Shown: positions 1 through 8,828, numbered from the stretch's first letter. The stretch: DNA of 63,103 nucleotides from Acidimicrobiia bacterium (GCA_032127155.1 JAQAZV010000063.1:1-63103), one strand, 5' to 3'. A program made the numbers and translations. Notes: a model not told the origin generated them from the sequence alone.

Positions 1-913
1 ATATCTCGATCCGATACCGAAAGTCGAAGAGCCGCTCGGTTCGTTCCCGATACCAGAGCATCGGGTCGAACGGACTCAGAAGCGTCGCTCCACTGATGGC
101 GCGGGGTCGAGTGGCGTCAGGGTCCGCGTAGACCGGCCCCCTCCAGCCAGGAACCGATACGCGCTCGATGTCGCCGTCGTCTGCCATCTGCTCGAGCACG
201 GGTCGTGCTGTGGGGAGGTGCAGCCTGAAGTAGTCAGCGATGTCGTGGGTCGTGCCGATTCCGAAGTGCCGGGTCGCCTCGGCGAGAAGGGCGCGATACG
301 CAGCCTCCTTCGGTAGAGGATCCGCATCGAGGTGAACCTCCGGGATCATGCGCGCAGGGAGGTCGTACAGACGCATGAAATTCCCCGTCCGCAGCGCTGC
401 AACCTTGCCTTCGGCGAAGAGCACCTCCAAAGCGACCTTCCCAGGGCCATAGCCCCACCACGCCTCATTGCGATGACTCGGAGCATCCAGGTCGCTCACG
501 GTCAATGGTCCACTCACCGCCACCTGCTCGAGGACTCCCTCGAGCAGTCCCGGATGCGCATCGATCAGTGCCTGCGCCCGCCGCCAGGGTCGCATCTCAT
601 CCATCTTCCATCGCCACAGGCGATATCGATCCGCCGGCAGGACTGCCGCCTCATGGGCCCAATACTCGAAGTGTTCACCGGGGTCGTTGAGGAACCGATC
701 GAGCTTTCCTGCGTCGTACGGGCCGAGGCGTGAATAGAACGGCATGTAGTGCGTCCGCACACAGACGTTCACCGAGTCGAGCTGAACGAGACCGATCTGG
801 CCCATGACCCTTCGAAAGTGCCTGACGTCGACCCGCCCCTCAGGGCGTGGCGTATTGAATCCTTGCGCCCCAAGGGCCATACTGCGCGCGATGTCGATCG
901 TCACAGTCCTCAT
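1..913 (-). CDS. YcaQ/AlkZ-like winged-helix DNA glycosylase family protein (HTH_42), C-terminus cut by the window edge
   Basis: My own minus-strand translation from ATG 913..911 is open all the way to position 1 (MRTVTIDIARSMALGAQGFNTPRPEG...VCVRTHYMPFYSRLGPYD...EYWAHEAAVLP...WWGYGPGKVALEVLFAEGKVAALR). It is absent from the ORF track because it has no stop inside the window. Confidence 0.7.
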   Translation of the reverse strand, partial: MRTVTIDIARSMALGAQGFNTPRPEGRVDVRHFRRVMGQIGLVQLDSVNVCVRTHYMPFYSRLGPYDAGKLDRFLNDPGEHFEYWAHEAAVLPADRYRLWRWKMDEMRPWRRAQALIDAHPGLLEGVLEQVAVSGPLTVSDLDAPSHRNEAWWGYGPGKVALEVLFAEGKVAALRTGNFMRLYDLPARMIPEVHLDADPLPKEAAYRALLAEATRHFGIGTTHDIADYFRLHLPTARPVLEQMADDGDIERVSVPGWRGPVYADPDATRPRAISGATLLSPFDPMLWYRERTERLFDFRYRIEI

Positions 914-984
914 GTTCCACCCATTGTCGCCGATTGGCTGAAGCCCCGCTGATCGATCGCGGGGTTGTCGTCTACGCTACCGCC

Positions 985-1749
985 ATGGCTCGATTCGATG
1001 GCGGTAGCGTGGTCGCCGGTGCTCGCACGTTCGTGCTGGTGCCCCTCTTCTTCGTGTACACGATGGTGCTTGCCATCGTCGTGATGGTGGTCGGGGCGGT
1101 TCGTCCAGGGTCTGGGTTGTTCAATTCCATCCTCGACCACTGGGCCTCCATTTTCCTCCGGATACCTCCGGCGCGCTGGACGGTCGAAGGTCTCGAACAC
1201 ATCGATCCGGCGGAGCGATATGTCGTGGCGTCGAACCATCTCTCGATGTTCGACGTCCCCCTGCTGTTCAGGGTTTTGCCTTTCCCTGGGCGCTTCCTCG
1301 CAAAGAAGGAGCTCTTCAGGCTTCCGCTGATCGGGAGAGCGATGACCATGGTCGGCATCATCGAGATCGATCGAGACGCAGGAGGTGGCTCTTCCCGCCA
1401 GGCCATCAACCGCGGTGTCACGATCGCAGCCGAACGCGGCTATTCCCTGTTGGTCTTCCCTGAGGGAACCCGCAGCAAGGATGCAACACTGCTCCCTTTC
1501 AAGAAGGGCGCCTTTCGCATCGCCATCGACACTGGACTTCCCCTGTTGCCGGTAGTCATCGAGGGAACGAACCGCATCTCTCGACCGCATTCGAAGATCT
1601 ATCGCCCCGGCTCGATCTCGGTTCGCGTGCTGCCCCCCATCGCCACGAGCGACATGACCAACCGGGACGACCTGAGCCGTCTCGCGAGCGAGGTCGAAAT
1701 GTCGATCAACGACACCTACGCCTCCATGCGAGCGGCCGCAGTCGGCTGA
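985..1749 (+). CDS. plsC: 1-acyl-sn-glycerol-3-phosphate acyltransferase
   Basis: ORF 934..1749. It has the NHLSMFD (HX4D) and FPEGTRS acyltransferase motifs and an N-terminal TM segment. I prefer ATG 985 over the track's TTG 934, but the start is uncertain. Confidence 0.85.
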   Translation: MARFDGGSVVAGARTFVLVPLFFVYTMVLAIVVMVVGAVRPGSGLFNSILDHWASIFLRIPPARWTVEGLEHIDPAERYVVASNHLSMFDVPLLFRVLPFPGRFLAKKELFRLPLIGRAMTMVGIIEIDRDAGGGSSRQAINRGVTIAAERGYSLLVFPEGTRSKDATLLPFKKGAFRIAIDTGLPLLPVVIEGTNRISRPHSKIYRPGSISVRVLPPIATSDMTNRDDLSRLASEVEMSINDTYASMRAAAVG

Positions 1750-1763
1750 ACGACAGCTGGCCA

Positions 1764-3236
1764 TCAGTCGTATACCCCGAGGAGATAGGTCGATCCGTCC
1801 TTCACCTCGCACAGGTAGGCGCCTGTCGATGTGACGACCTGGTAGCGATCGGCCGTTCCCTCTCCATCCCACCATCGGCCGACATGTCGCCAGGGACCCG
1901 CCCATGACAGAACGGGTACCCAGCGGGATCGGAGCCGCACCTGGTCAGGGACTCCCTCGACGAAGGTGACCTCGAACGGGACCCTCACCGGTGGGACGAG
2001 CGCCGGCGCAGGTCCAGGGATCCTTCCGGGCCACGGAGCGGAAGCGTCACGCTCGGGGGCGCGCTGATCCTCCCCCCATCGGCTCCACAGCACCTGGTGC
2101 GCCGGATCCCGTCCTCCCTGGCCCGTCGACATCAGGAGACTCTCGGGCCCAGCGATGGCTTGGACCTCCATGAGGGCACGCTGTGTCTCCTCGAAGGTCT
2201 TGGCATCCTCCTCGAGGGCCATCTGGCGTCCCGATCCCGAGAGATCTGCCGGTTCGAGCGACAGCGACACCAGACCGCCGCGGATGCCAGCAGACACACC
2301 ATCGATCCACGTTCTGAGCTGCCACCGAACACGCTCCGCCAACGATCGATCATCAAACGGATCCGCACTCCTCCATGCTCGGGTTCGCACGGTTCCGTCC
2401 GCCGCTTCCGCGGTCACGATCACCCGATGCGGGGCAACCCCGTGCCGTGCCAGACCCCCAATCAGGCGCTGGGCGAGGTTCCTTGCGATGAACGCCGCCT
2501 GCTCCATGTCGTCGATGGGGGGATCGAAGTCGGAATGCACCCTCGGGTCCTCGGGAATATCACGTGTGTCGACCTCCCGATCGACACCGAGAGCCACCCT
2601 GTGGGCGTCGAGACCTGCGCGGCCGAATCGCGACACCAGGGCATCACGGGGCAATTCGGCAAGCGCGCCCAGCGTGGTGATACCGAGCCACCGGAATGTC
2701 GCTGCCAGGTCCTCCCGTCCGATGGCTGCAATATCGAGGGCACCGAGGAAGCGGTCATCGTCCTCAACAATGTGGATCCGATGAAGGTCTGACGTCATCC
2801 GCGCTGCCTGCTGGGAAGCAAAAGGGCCAAGGCCCACACCGATCCGATGATCGGTTCCGAATGCCTCCAACTCCTTGTCGACCCTTTCGATCAGAGGACG
2901 TTCACCGCCGTAGTACTTCACAGCACCCGACATGGGAACAAGCATGGTTCCCGGATGAAGAATCTCCACCCTGGGAACGATCTCCTCGATCCGCTCGACC
3001 AAGGGGTCGAACCGCGTCATCTCGACCGGAAGGTCCTGGGTGATGGTTCGCACCGAGGGACACACACCCTCGGCGGATCGCCTCCGCATCCCAACCTCGA
3101 TGCCAGCCTCCGCGGCCAGCCCATTCACCGCAACGACACGCCCGTCTGCCGCGATGGCCTGGGCAGGCTCATCAGGCGAGACGTCGGGTCGCCGCAATGC
3201 CCAGGTGGGGTACCACACGCAAATCGTTCGTTCCAT
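1764..3236 (-). CDS. imuB: ImuB, Y-family polymerase-like mutasome subunit
   Basis: 490 aa. N-terminus MERTICVWYPTWALRRP and overall Y-family-like architecture. It lies directly downstream of an imuA'-like gene and a LexA box. Confidence 0.75.
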   Translation of the reverse strand: MERTICVWYPTWALRRPDVSPDEPAQAIAADGRVVAVNGLAAEAGIEVGMRRRSAEGVCPSVRTITQDLPVEMTRFDPLVERIEEIVPRVEILHPGTMLVPMSGAVKYYGGERPLIERVDKELEAFGTDHRIGVGLGPFASQQAARMTSDLHRIHIVEDDDRFLGALDIAAIGREDLAATFRWLGITTLGALAELPRDALVSRFGRAGLDAHRVALGVDREVDTRDIPEDPRVHSDFDPPIDDMEQAAFIARNLAQRLIGGLARHGVAPHRVIVTAEAADGTVRTRAWRSADPFDDRSLAERVRWQLRTWIDGVSAGIRGGLVSLSLEPADLSGSGRQMALEEDAKTFEETQRALMEVQAIAGPESLLMSTGQGGRDPAHQVLWSRWGEDQRAPERDASAPWPGRIPGPAPALVPPVRVPFEVTFVEGVPDQVRLRSRWVPVLSWAGPWRHVGRWWDGEGTADRYQVVTSTGAYLCEVKDGSTYLLGVYD

Positions 3237-3849
3237 CGTCCTCGACCTCGATCGTTCGATGTATGCCTTTTGCCCACTTCCCCGATGCTTCGAGGACCGT
3301 GCGTCTCCTCAACAACTGGCCATGTCCGGCATCCGTGCCTTCCCATGACACCTCCTTTGCCTCCAAGCGGAGATGGGCGATGCCAGCAGGCAGGGCACCG
3401 GTCACCGGTCGCAACACGAGAGGTGTTCGGTGGGACCTTGCCTTCGCCACCAGGGTTCGCAGCATCGCCTCACGGACGCCATTCGGGATCTCGGCATAGA
3501 CCCCCCTGACGCCCGACAACAGGGTGGCGACCACCCTTCCCCAGGTGACCACATCACCGCTCCTCACCACCACGAGACGATCGGCCTCGACACCCAGCTC
3601 CCACGCTGCCGTCGGGTTCATCCATCCGCGTACATCCAGATAGGCAATGGGACCCGACACGGCATAGGGAACGATGAGGGACAGACCGACCCTTGTGAGG
3701 CCGGTGCCGGGAAGACCAGACAGTCCTGCGACCTGACCCGGCCCGAGGCTCAGGGCCTCTGGCTCCACGAGGAAGCGGGGCGGAAGGCCAACGGTGACCT
3801 CGTCCTCTCGCTGTAGGTTCACGACCACCGTCGATCCCTTCGTCCTCAC
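3172..3849 (-). CDS. imuA': ImuA'-like (RecA-fold, SOS cell-division-inhibitor-like) mutasome accessory protein
   Basis: 225 aa with a GTG start at 3849, 34 nt downstream of the SOS box. Size and position upstream of imuB fit the actinobacterial imuA'-imuB cassette. It overlaps imuB by 65 nt out of frame. Confidence 0.6.
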   Translation of the reverse strand: MRTKGSTVVVNLQREDEVTVGLPPRFLVEPEALSLGPGQVAGLSGLPGTGLTRVGLSLIVPYAVSGPIAYLDVRGWMNPTAAWELGVEADRLVVVRSGDVVTWGRVVATLLSGVRGVYAEIPNGVREAMLRTLVAKARSHRTPLVLRPVTGALPAGIAHLRLEAKEVSWEGTDAGHGQLLRRRTVLEASGKWAKGIHRTIEVEDDGTNDLRVVPHLGIAATRRLA

Positions 3850-3882
3850 CAGCGAGGGTCCTCTGCCGGGAGATCATCGTAA

Positions 3883-3898
3883 TCGAACATATGTTCGA
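3883..3898. promoter_or_regulatory. LexA (SOS) box TCGAACATATGTTCGA
   Basis: Perfect 16-bp palindrome matching the actinobacterial LexA operator TCGAAC-N4-GTTCGA. It sits immediately upstream of imuA'. Confidence 0.8.
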
Positions 3899-3928
3899 TT
3901 GCAAGAAAGGGGGAAAGGAGCGAACCGA

Positions 3929-4831
3929 TCAGTCGATGAGAGCCACGGCGTCGCTCACAGCCGCTGCAACGGCGTGTGGATTGTCCTCCTGGAGGAAGTG
4001 CCCTGCGCCTTCGATCGTACGATGTGGAACACCGACCGCGCCGGGAATGACGCTCTGAAATACCCTGTCCGTACCCGCCGTGATCGGATCGGAGTCACTG
4101 AACGCGGTGAGGAACGGCTTTGACCATGTCCGGAGGACCTCCCAGGCCCCGCGCTGGGCCGAGGCCTCGGGATCGTCAGGGGTGATCGGAACGAGACTCG
4201 GGAACATGCGCGCCCCGGCAAGGAACCGGGCATCGGGGAACGGGGCCCGATACGCATCCAGTGTTCGATCACCGAGCCCGGTGACCGTGCCACCGTCCAC
4301 GATCCTGCCGACATCAAATGCCTCCGAGGTTCGCGAGAACTCCCGCCACCGCAGGAACGCATCAGGCATCTGTTGGTCGCCCGTCGGCAACCCGGTGTTG
4401 GACACCACCACCGCAGCGAATCGGTCAGGATCAGCCGCAATCAAGCGCAGCCCGATGAGACCTCCCCAATCCTGGGCGAACAACGTCAACCGGTCCGCAT
4501 CAACCGCCTCCAACCAACGCTGCATCCACCCGACGTGACGAGCGTAGGTGTAGTCCGTCTGGGCCAGCGGTTTGTCTGACCGGCCGAAACCGACGAGATC
4601 CGGGGCAAGGACCCGGAACCCGGTATCCACGAGGATCGGGATCACCCTGCGATACAGGTAGGACCACGACGGTTCGCCGTGCATCAGGAGCACCGTAGGA
4701 CCTGAGCCCTCATCGACGTGATGGATGCGCAGCCTGCCGCCATCCCCATCGTCGACCTCGACGTACCGTGGGGCGAACGGGTATCCCTCCAGATCTTCGA
4801 ACGCGCTGTCCGGTGTGCGCAGGACATCCAT
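3929..4831 (-). CDS. Haloalkane dehalogenase-type alpha/beta hydrolase
   Basis: HGEPSWSYLYR, nucleophile elbow QDWGG and C-terminal GAGHFLQED motifs. I trimmed the start to ATG 4831 (MDVLRTPDSAF), because the longer track ORF (to 5164) runs antisense through the dodecin gene. Confidence 0.85.
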   Translation of the reverse strand: MDVLRTPDSAFEDLEGYPFAPRYVEVDDGDGGRLRIHHVDEGSGPTVLLMHGEPSWSYLYRRVIPILVDTGFRVLAPDLVGFGRSDKPLAQTDYTYARHVGWMQRWLEAVDADRLTLFAQDWGGLIGLRLIAADPDRFAAVVVSNTGLPTGDQQMPDAFLRWREFSRTSEAFDVGRIVDGGTVTGLGDRTLDAYRAPFPDARFLAGARMFPSLVPITPDDPEASAQRGAWEVLRTWSKPFLTAFSDSDPITAGTDRVFQSVIPGAVGVPHRTIEGAGHFLQEDNPHAVAAAVSDAVALID

Positions 4832-4937
4832 GGCGGCAACCCTACCGATGGCTGTGCTGCCAGACAGCGGCGGCGCAGCCCCGGACAGGGCGGTAGTCTC
4901 GCGAGTGAGACGTCGCGAAGGAAAAGGAGTGTCGAAC

Positions 4938-5141
4938 GTGTCAGTAGCGAAGGTGATCGAGATCACATCTACTTCCCCAGGGTCCTTCGAGGATGCGATC
5001 CGCAAGGGCATCGCCAAAGCGCAGATGTCCATCGACGGGATCCGTGGGGCGTGGATTTCCGAGCACAAGGTGGAGCTCGCCGAAGATGGGACGATCAAGC
5101 ACTTTCGCGTGGACATGAAGCTCACGTTCGTCCTCGAGTAA
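4938..5141 (+). CDS. Dodecin family flavin-binding protein
   Basis: 67 aa (SVAKVIEITSTSPGSFEDAIRKGIAKAQMSIDGIRGAWISEHKVELAEDGTIKHFRVDMKLTFVLE), which matches the dodecin fold pattern. AAGGAG at 4924..4929 lies 8 nt before GTG 4938. Confidence 0.8.
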   Translation: MSVAKVIEITSTSPGSFEDAIRKGIAKAQMSIDGIRGAWISEHKVELAEDGTIKHFRVDMKLTFVLE

Positions 5142-5185
5142 CCCCAGCCTTCGTCCTTCGGCAACCCCGGGGGTCACTGGGCACC

Positions 5186-6193
5186 ATGACAACCAAGAAC
5201 CAACCGCATCTCGTGCCGGTCACCATCGAATCGGCGCTAGCTGAATCACCGGCGACGGCCCACATCGGTATCCACATCGGCGTCGATGAACCCCTCGATC
5301 ACGCCATGCGACGGATCATGTTGTCAGAATTCGACGTCGCCATCAATGGTGTGACCCATGCCGACGACATCGACCTCGGCGTCCATGAGGCTCGCAAAGC
5401 ACTGAAACGGATACGCGGGCTGCTTCGGCTGGTCCGCGATGAGATCGGCTACGAGGTATACCGCAACGAGAATGTCGTTCTTCGCGACATCGGGCGCATC
5501 CTCGCACCCGTGCGAGACAGCAATGTTCTCGTGCACACGTTCGGTGACATCAACGAAAGGTTCGGTTCGGCCCTCTCCCCCGCCGCCTCTGCCGATATCA
5601 ACGCGTTCCTCCGTCTCAACCATCGGCGATTGCGAGCATCTGTTGTCGACGATCAGCAATGCATGGCTGATCTCGTCGTCAGCCTGAAGTCGTCCCGTTC
5701 GCGGTTTGTCGGACACGGCACACCGTCGCACCCGGATCAAGGTGCTGCCGTCCGCGACGAGTTCGCATCGATCGCCGGGGGACTCGCTCGCGTTCATCGA
5801 CGCGGGCGCCGAGCCATGAGGCGTGCCGACGAGTACCGGGATACGGCGTCGCTCCACGAGTGGCGGAAGCGCGTGAAGTACCTGCGCTACCAGACCGAAA
5901 GCCTGACATCTCTATGGCCAGAGCTGATTGGGGCGTATGCGCACCGACTCGATGACCTCGGTGAAGTCCTCGGAGAGGAACATGATCTCGCGGTCCTTCG
6001 GTCCACTCTCGTCGAGCGGGCTTCGACCTTTCCCGAGGCGGCAATCGTCGTGAGCGCGCTCATCGACCACCTTCGGGTGCCCCTCCAGGAGCGTGCATTC
6101 ACCCTGGGACGATCGATCTACACGGAACCGACCAACGCCTTCGTGAGCCGCATGGACTCGTACTGGATCACGGCGCGCCACACCGAGGGGTAG
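5186..6193 (+). CDS. CHAD domain-containing protein (polyphosphate-granule-associated family)
   Basis: 335 aa from ATG 5186. Helical, with HEARKALKRIRGLLRL and HEWRKRVKYLRY repeats typical of CHAD. The upstream part of track ORF 4718.. overlaps other genes. Confidence 0.75.
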   Translation: MTTKNQPHLVPVTIESALAESPATAHIGIHIGVDEPLDHAMRRIMLSEFDVAINGVTHADDIDLGVHEARKALKRIRGLLRLVRDEIGYEVYRNENVVLRDIGRILAPVRDSNVLVHTFGDINERFGSALSPAASADINAFLRLNHRRLRASVVDDQQCMADLVVSLKSSRSRFVGHGTPSHPDQGAAVRDEFASIAGGLARVHRRGRRAMRRADEYRDTASLHEWRKRVKYLRYQTESLTSLWPELIGAYAHRLDDLGEVLGEEHDLAVLRSTLVERASTFPEAAIVVSALIDHLRVPLQERAFTLGRSIYTEPTNAFVSRMDSYWITARHTEG

Positions 6194-6225
6194 CTGCGGG
6201 CCCACCGTGACCAGGAGTGCCAACA

Positions 6226-6267
6226 ACGAGAAGGGGACCCGCTTTCGCTGGTCCCCTTCTCGTTTTC
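6226..6267. terminator. Bidirectional intrinsic terminator between the CHAD gene and pnp
   Basis: A 14-bp perfect stem (ACGAGAAGGGGACC / GGTCCCCTTCTCGT) with a 10-nt loop. It is followed by TTTT on the plus strand and by GTTGTTG on the minus strand. Confidence 0.75.
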
Positions 6268-6279
6268 GATCCTGATGGC

Positions 6280-8658
6280 CTAGATGCCGGAGTCGAACTC
6301 GTCCTCGAAGGACACGACCTTGCGGCCAGGCTTGTCCGCAGGCGCCTGGTCCCGGTTGCGATCGCATCCGCGATCACGGTTCCGGTCCCGACCGCGATCA
6401 CGGTTGCGGTCTCCGCCGCCGTCATTGCGGCGTCCGCCGTTGTCCGAACGGTCCGATGAATCGGAGCGTGACTCTGAACGCGGTGCGTCCTCGTCATTGC
6501 CACCACCGGACTCCGGCGCATTTGCCATGTCAAGGCTGACCTTGCCACGATCGTCGATCTCGCGAACGACGACCTCGACTTTGTCGCCGAGGGACAGAAC
6601 GTCCTCGACCCTGTCGATGCGCTTGCCACCACCAATCTTCGAGATATGGAGCAGGCCATCCCTGCCTGGGAGGATGTTGACGAACGCACCGAACTTGGTG
6701 ATGTTCACGACCTCACCGTCGTACGTCTGGCCGATCTTCGCCTCCGGAGGGAATCCGATTGCGAGGATCCGCTCTTTCGCAAGATTGAGGGACGTCGTAT
6801 CGGGAGCTCCAACGCGGACTGTGCCATCGTCATCGATCTCGATGGTTGCGCCTGTCTCTTCCTCGAGCTCCCTGATGGTCTTGCCCTTCGGGCCGATGAC
6901 CTCACCGATCTTGTCCTTCGGGACCATGACCGCTTCGATCTTCGGAGCCGACGGGGCGAGCTCTTCACGAGGACCTGCAAGTGTGGCGGCCATCGTGTCG
7001 AGGATGAACAGCCGTGCATCCCTCGCCTGGTTCATCGCAGAGATCAGGACGTCGGCAGGAAGGCCTTCGATCTTGGTGTCCAACTGGAGCGCCGTGATCA
7101 TGTCCTTGGTGCCTGCGACCTTGAAGTCCATGTCACCGAGATGGTCCTCGACCCCGAGGATGTCCGTCAGCGTGACGAACTTGCCGTCGTGGTGGATGAG
7201 ACCCATGGCAATGCCGGCCACCGGTGCGTGGATCGGTACACCCGCGTCCATCAGTGAGAGCGATGATCCGCAGACCGACGCCATCGATGACGATCCGTTC
7301 GACATCAGCACCTCTGAAACCAGGCGGTATGCGTACGGGAAGTCCTCGGCCGGAGGGATCACAGGGAGCAATGCCTTCTCGGCGAGGGCTCCGTGACCGA
7401 TCTCGCGGCGCTTCGGACCACGCATGAACCCTGCTTCGCCCGTGGCGTAGGGAGGCATGTTGTAGTGATGCATGTACCGCTTGGAGTCCTCAGGCGAGAT
7501 GGTGTCGAGCATCTGCTCCATCTTGAGCATGCCGAGGGTGGTGACATTGAGCACCTGGGTCTCGCCACGCTGGAACAGACCCGATCCGTGGGCGCCGGGA
7601 ACGAGCCCGACCTCGGCCGTCAACTGACGGATGTCGGTGAGACCGCGGCCATCGATGCGCACGCCGTCGTTGACCACCCTGCTGCGCATGACGTTCTTCT
7701 GGACCTTCGAGAAAGCTGCCTTCGCCTGCTTGGCGCTGTCGGCGTCTCCCTCGTCGAGGTTGAGCGCCGCCATGGTCTCTTCCTTGACGGCCTTCTCGGC
7801 ATCCTGGCGCTCGTGCTTCAAGGTGATCGTTCCGAGGGCTTCGAGCTTCGGCTTTGCGATCTCCTCGACACGGGCGTACATCTCATCCGAGTAGTCCTTG
7901 AGCACGATCCACTCGACCGGCTCCGGCGCACCGTGCTGCTCCAGCAGTTCGAGCTGGAGGTCGATCAGCGTTGCGATGTACTCCTTCGACAGTTCGAGGC
8001 CGGATGCGACTGTTGCCTCATCTGATGCCTGCGCGCCATCCCGGACCAAGCGGTATCCATCCTCGGATGCACCGGCTTCGACCATGGCGATGTCGATGCC
8101 ACCTTCGGCGTTGCGCTTGCCAGCAACGACGATCTCGAACACGGCTTCCTCGCCTTGCTCATACGTGGGGAATGCAACCCAGTTGCCGTCGATCAGGGCG
8201 AGTCGCACGGATCCGATGGGACCTTCGAACGGGATCGGGCTCATCGTGAGCGCCGCCGATGCACCGTTGAGCGCCATGATGTCGTGCGGGTTCTCGAGAT
8301 CGGCGGCGAGAATCGTCGCAACGACATGCGTGTCGTGGCGATAGCCGTCAGCGAAGTTGGGACGCAGCGGCCGGTCGATGAGGCGAGCCGTGAGCGTCGC
8401 CTTTTCGGTTGCCCTGCCTTCGCGCCTGAAGAATGATCCTGGGATCCTGCCGACAGCGTACGTGCGCTCCTCGACGTCGACGGTCAGGGGGAAGAAGTCG
8501 ACGCCTTCTCTGAGGCTTCGACTTGCGGTTGCGGTCACGAGGACCTCGGTGTTACCGACGACAACCGTTACGGCTCCGTCGGACAGTTGTGCGAGCTTTC
8601 CTGTGCTCAGCGAGATTTCAACCTCGCCTACACGCCCGCGAACGGTGGTCTCTGCCAC
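6280..8658 (-). CDS. pnp: Polyribonucleotide nucleotidyltransferase (PNPase) with an Arg/Asp/Asn-rich C-terminal tail
   Basis: 792 aa with two RNase PH domains, KH and S1 domains. The extra tail reads GGGNDEDAPRSESRSDSSDRSDNGGRRNDGGGDRNRDRGRDRNRDRGCDRNRD. Confidence 0.97.
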   Translation of the reverse strand: MAETTVRGRVGEVEISLSTGKLAQLSDGAVTVVVGNTEVLVTATASRSLREGVDFFPLTVDVEERTYAVGRIPGSFFRREGRATEKATLTARLIDRPLRPNFADGYRHDTHVVATILAADLENPHDIMALNGASAALTMSPIPFEGPIGSVRLALIDGNWVAFPTYEQGEEAVFEIVVAGKRNAEGGIDIAMVEAGASEDGYRLVRDGAQASDEATVASGLELSKEYIATLIDLQLELLEQHGAPEPVEWIVLKDYSDEMYARVEEIAKPKLEALGTITLKHERQDAEKAVKEETMAALNLDEGDADSAKQAKAAFSKVQKNVMRSRVVNDGVRIDGRGLTDIRQLTAEVGLVPGAHGSGLFQRGETQVLNVTTLGMLKMEQMLDTISPEDSKRYMHHYNMPPYATGEAGFMRGPKRREIGHGALAEKALLPVIPPAEDFPYAYRLVSEVLMSNGSSSMASVCGSSLSLMDAGVPIHAPVAGIAMGLIHHDGKFVTLTDILGVEDHLGDMDFKVAGTKDMITALQLDTKIEGLPADVLISAMNQARDARLFILDTMAATLAGPREELAPSAPKIEAVMVPKDKIGEVIGPKGKTIRELEEETGATIEIDDDGTVRVGAPDTTSLNLAKERILAIGFPPEAKIGQTYDGEVVNITKFGAFVNILPGRDGLLHISKIGGGKRIDRVEDVLSLGDKVEVVVREIDDRGKVSLDMANAPESGGGNDEDAPRSESRSDSSDRSDNGGRRNDGGGDRNRDRGRDRNRDRGCDRNRDQAPADKPGRKVVSFEDEFDSGI

Positions 8659-8793
8659 TCGTATCTCCTTCGTTTGGGGAGGAGACCCAATTGGCAGTGG
8701 TCAGCACTCGAACGGAGGGTTCGAAGGGTGGCCACTGACAACTGGGTGCCGTCCTCTTGTGTGTGTTTCCCACACGCTGCTGGCCAGATACGG

Positions 8794-8819
8794 CTGAAGG
8801 CGGCAAACGCCGCCTTCAG
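8794..8819 (-). promoter_or_regulatory. rpsO-pnp intergenic stem-loop (rpsO attenuator/terminator or processing site)
   Basis: An 11-bp perfect stem CTGAAGGCGGC/GCCGCCTTCAG with a 4-nt loop, 10 nt after the rpsO stop. There is no clear U-tract. Confidence 0.45.
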
Positions 8820-8828
8820 GTCCTGGTG

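Noticed and set aside
910-1905. 331-aa minus-strand ORF covering plsC
   Set aside because: It is antisense to a well-supported plsC frame. The product is Arg/Gly/His-rich with no motifs, which is the typical GC-rich shadow ORF.
4832-5164. 111-codon N-terminal extension of the dehalogenase ORF (track start 5164), and likewise the 156-codon extension of the CHAD ORF (track start 4718)
   Set aside because: Both extensions run through or antisense to the dodecin gene and lack homology-like sequence. Internal ATGs (4831 and 5186) give family-typical N-termini.
8708-8724. TCGAAC-GGAGG-GTTCGA palindrome in the pnp leader, a possible second LexA box
   Set aside because: The spacer is 5 nt rather than the 4 nt of the LexA operator. 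It also forms the apex of an RNA hairpin, so an RNA-structure role is more plausible.
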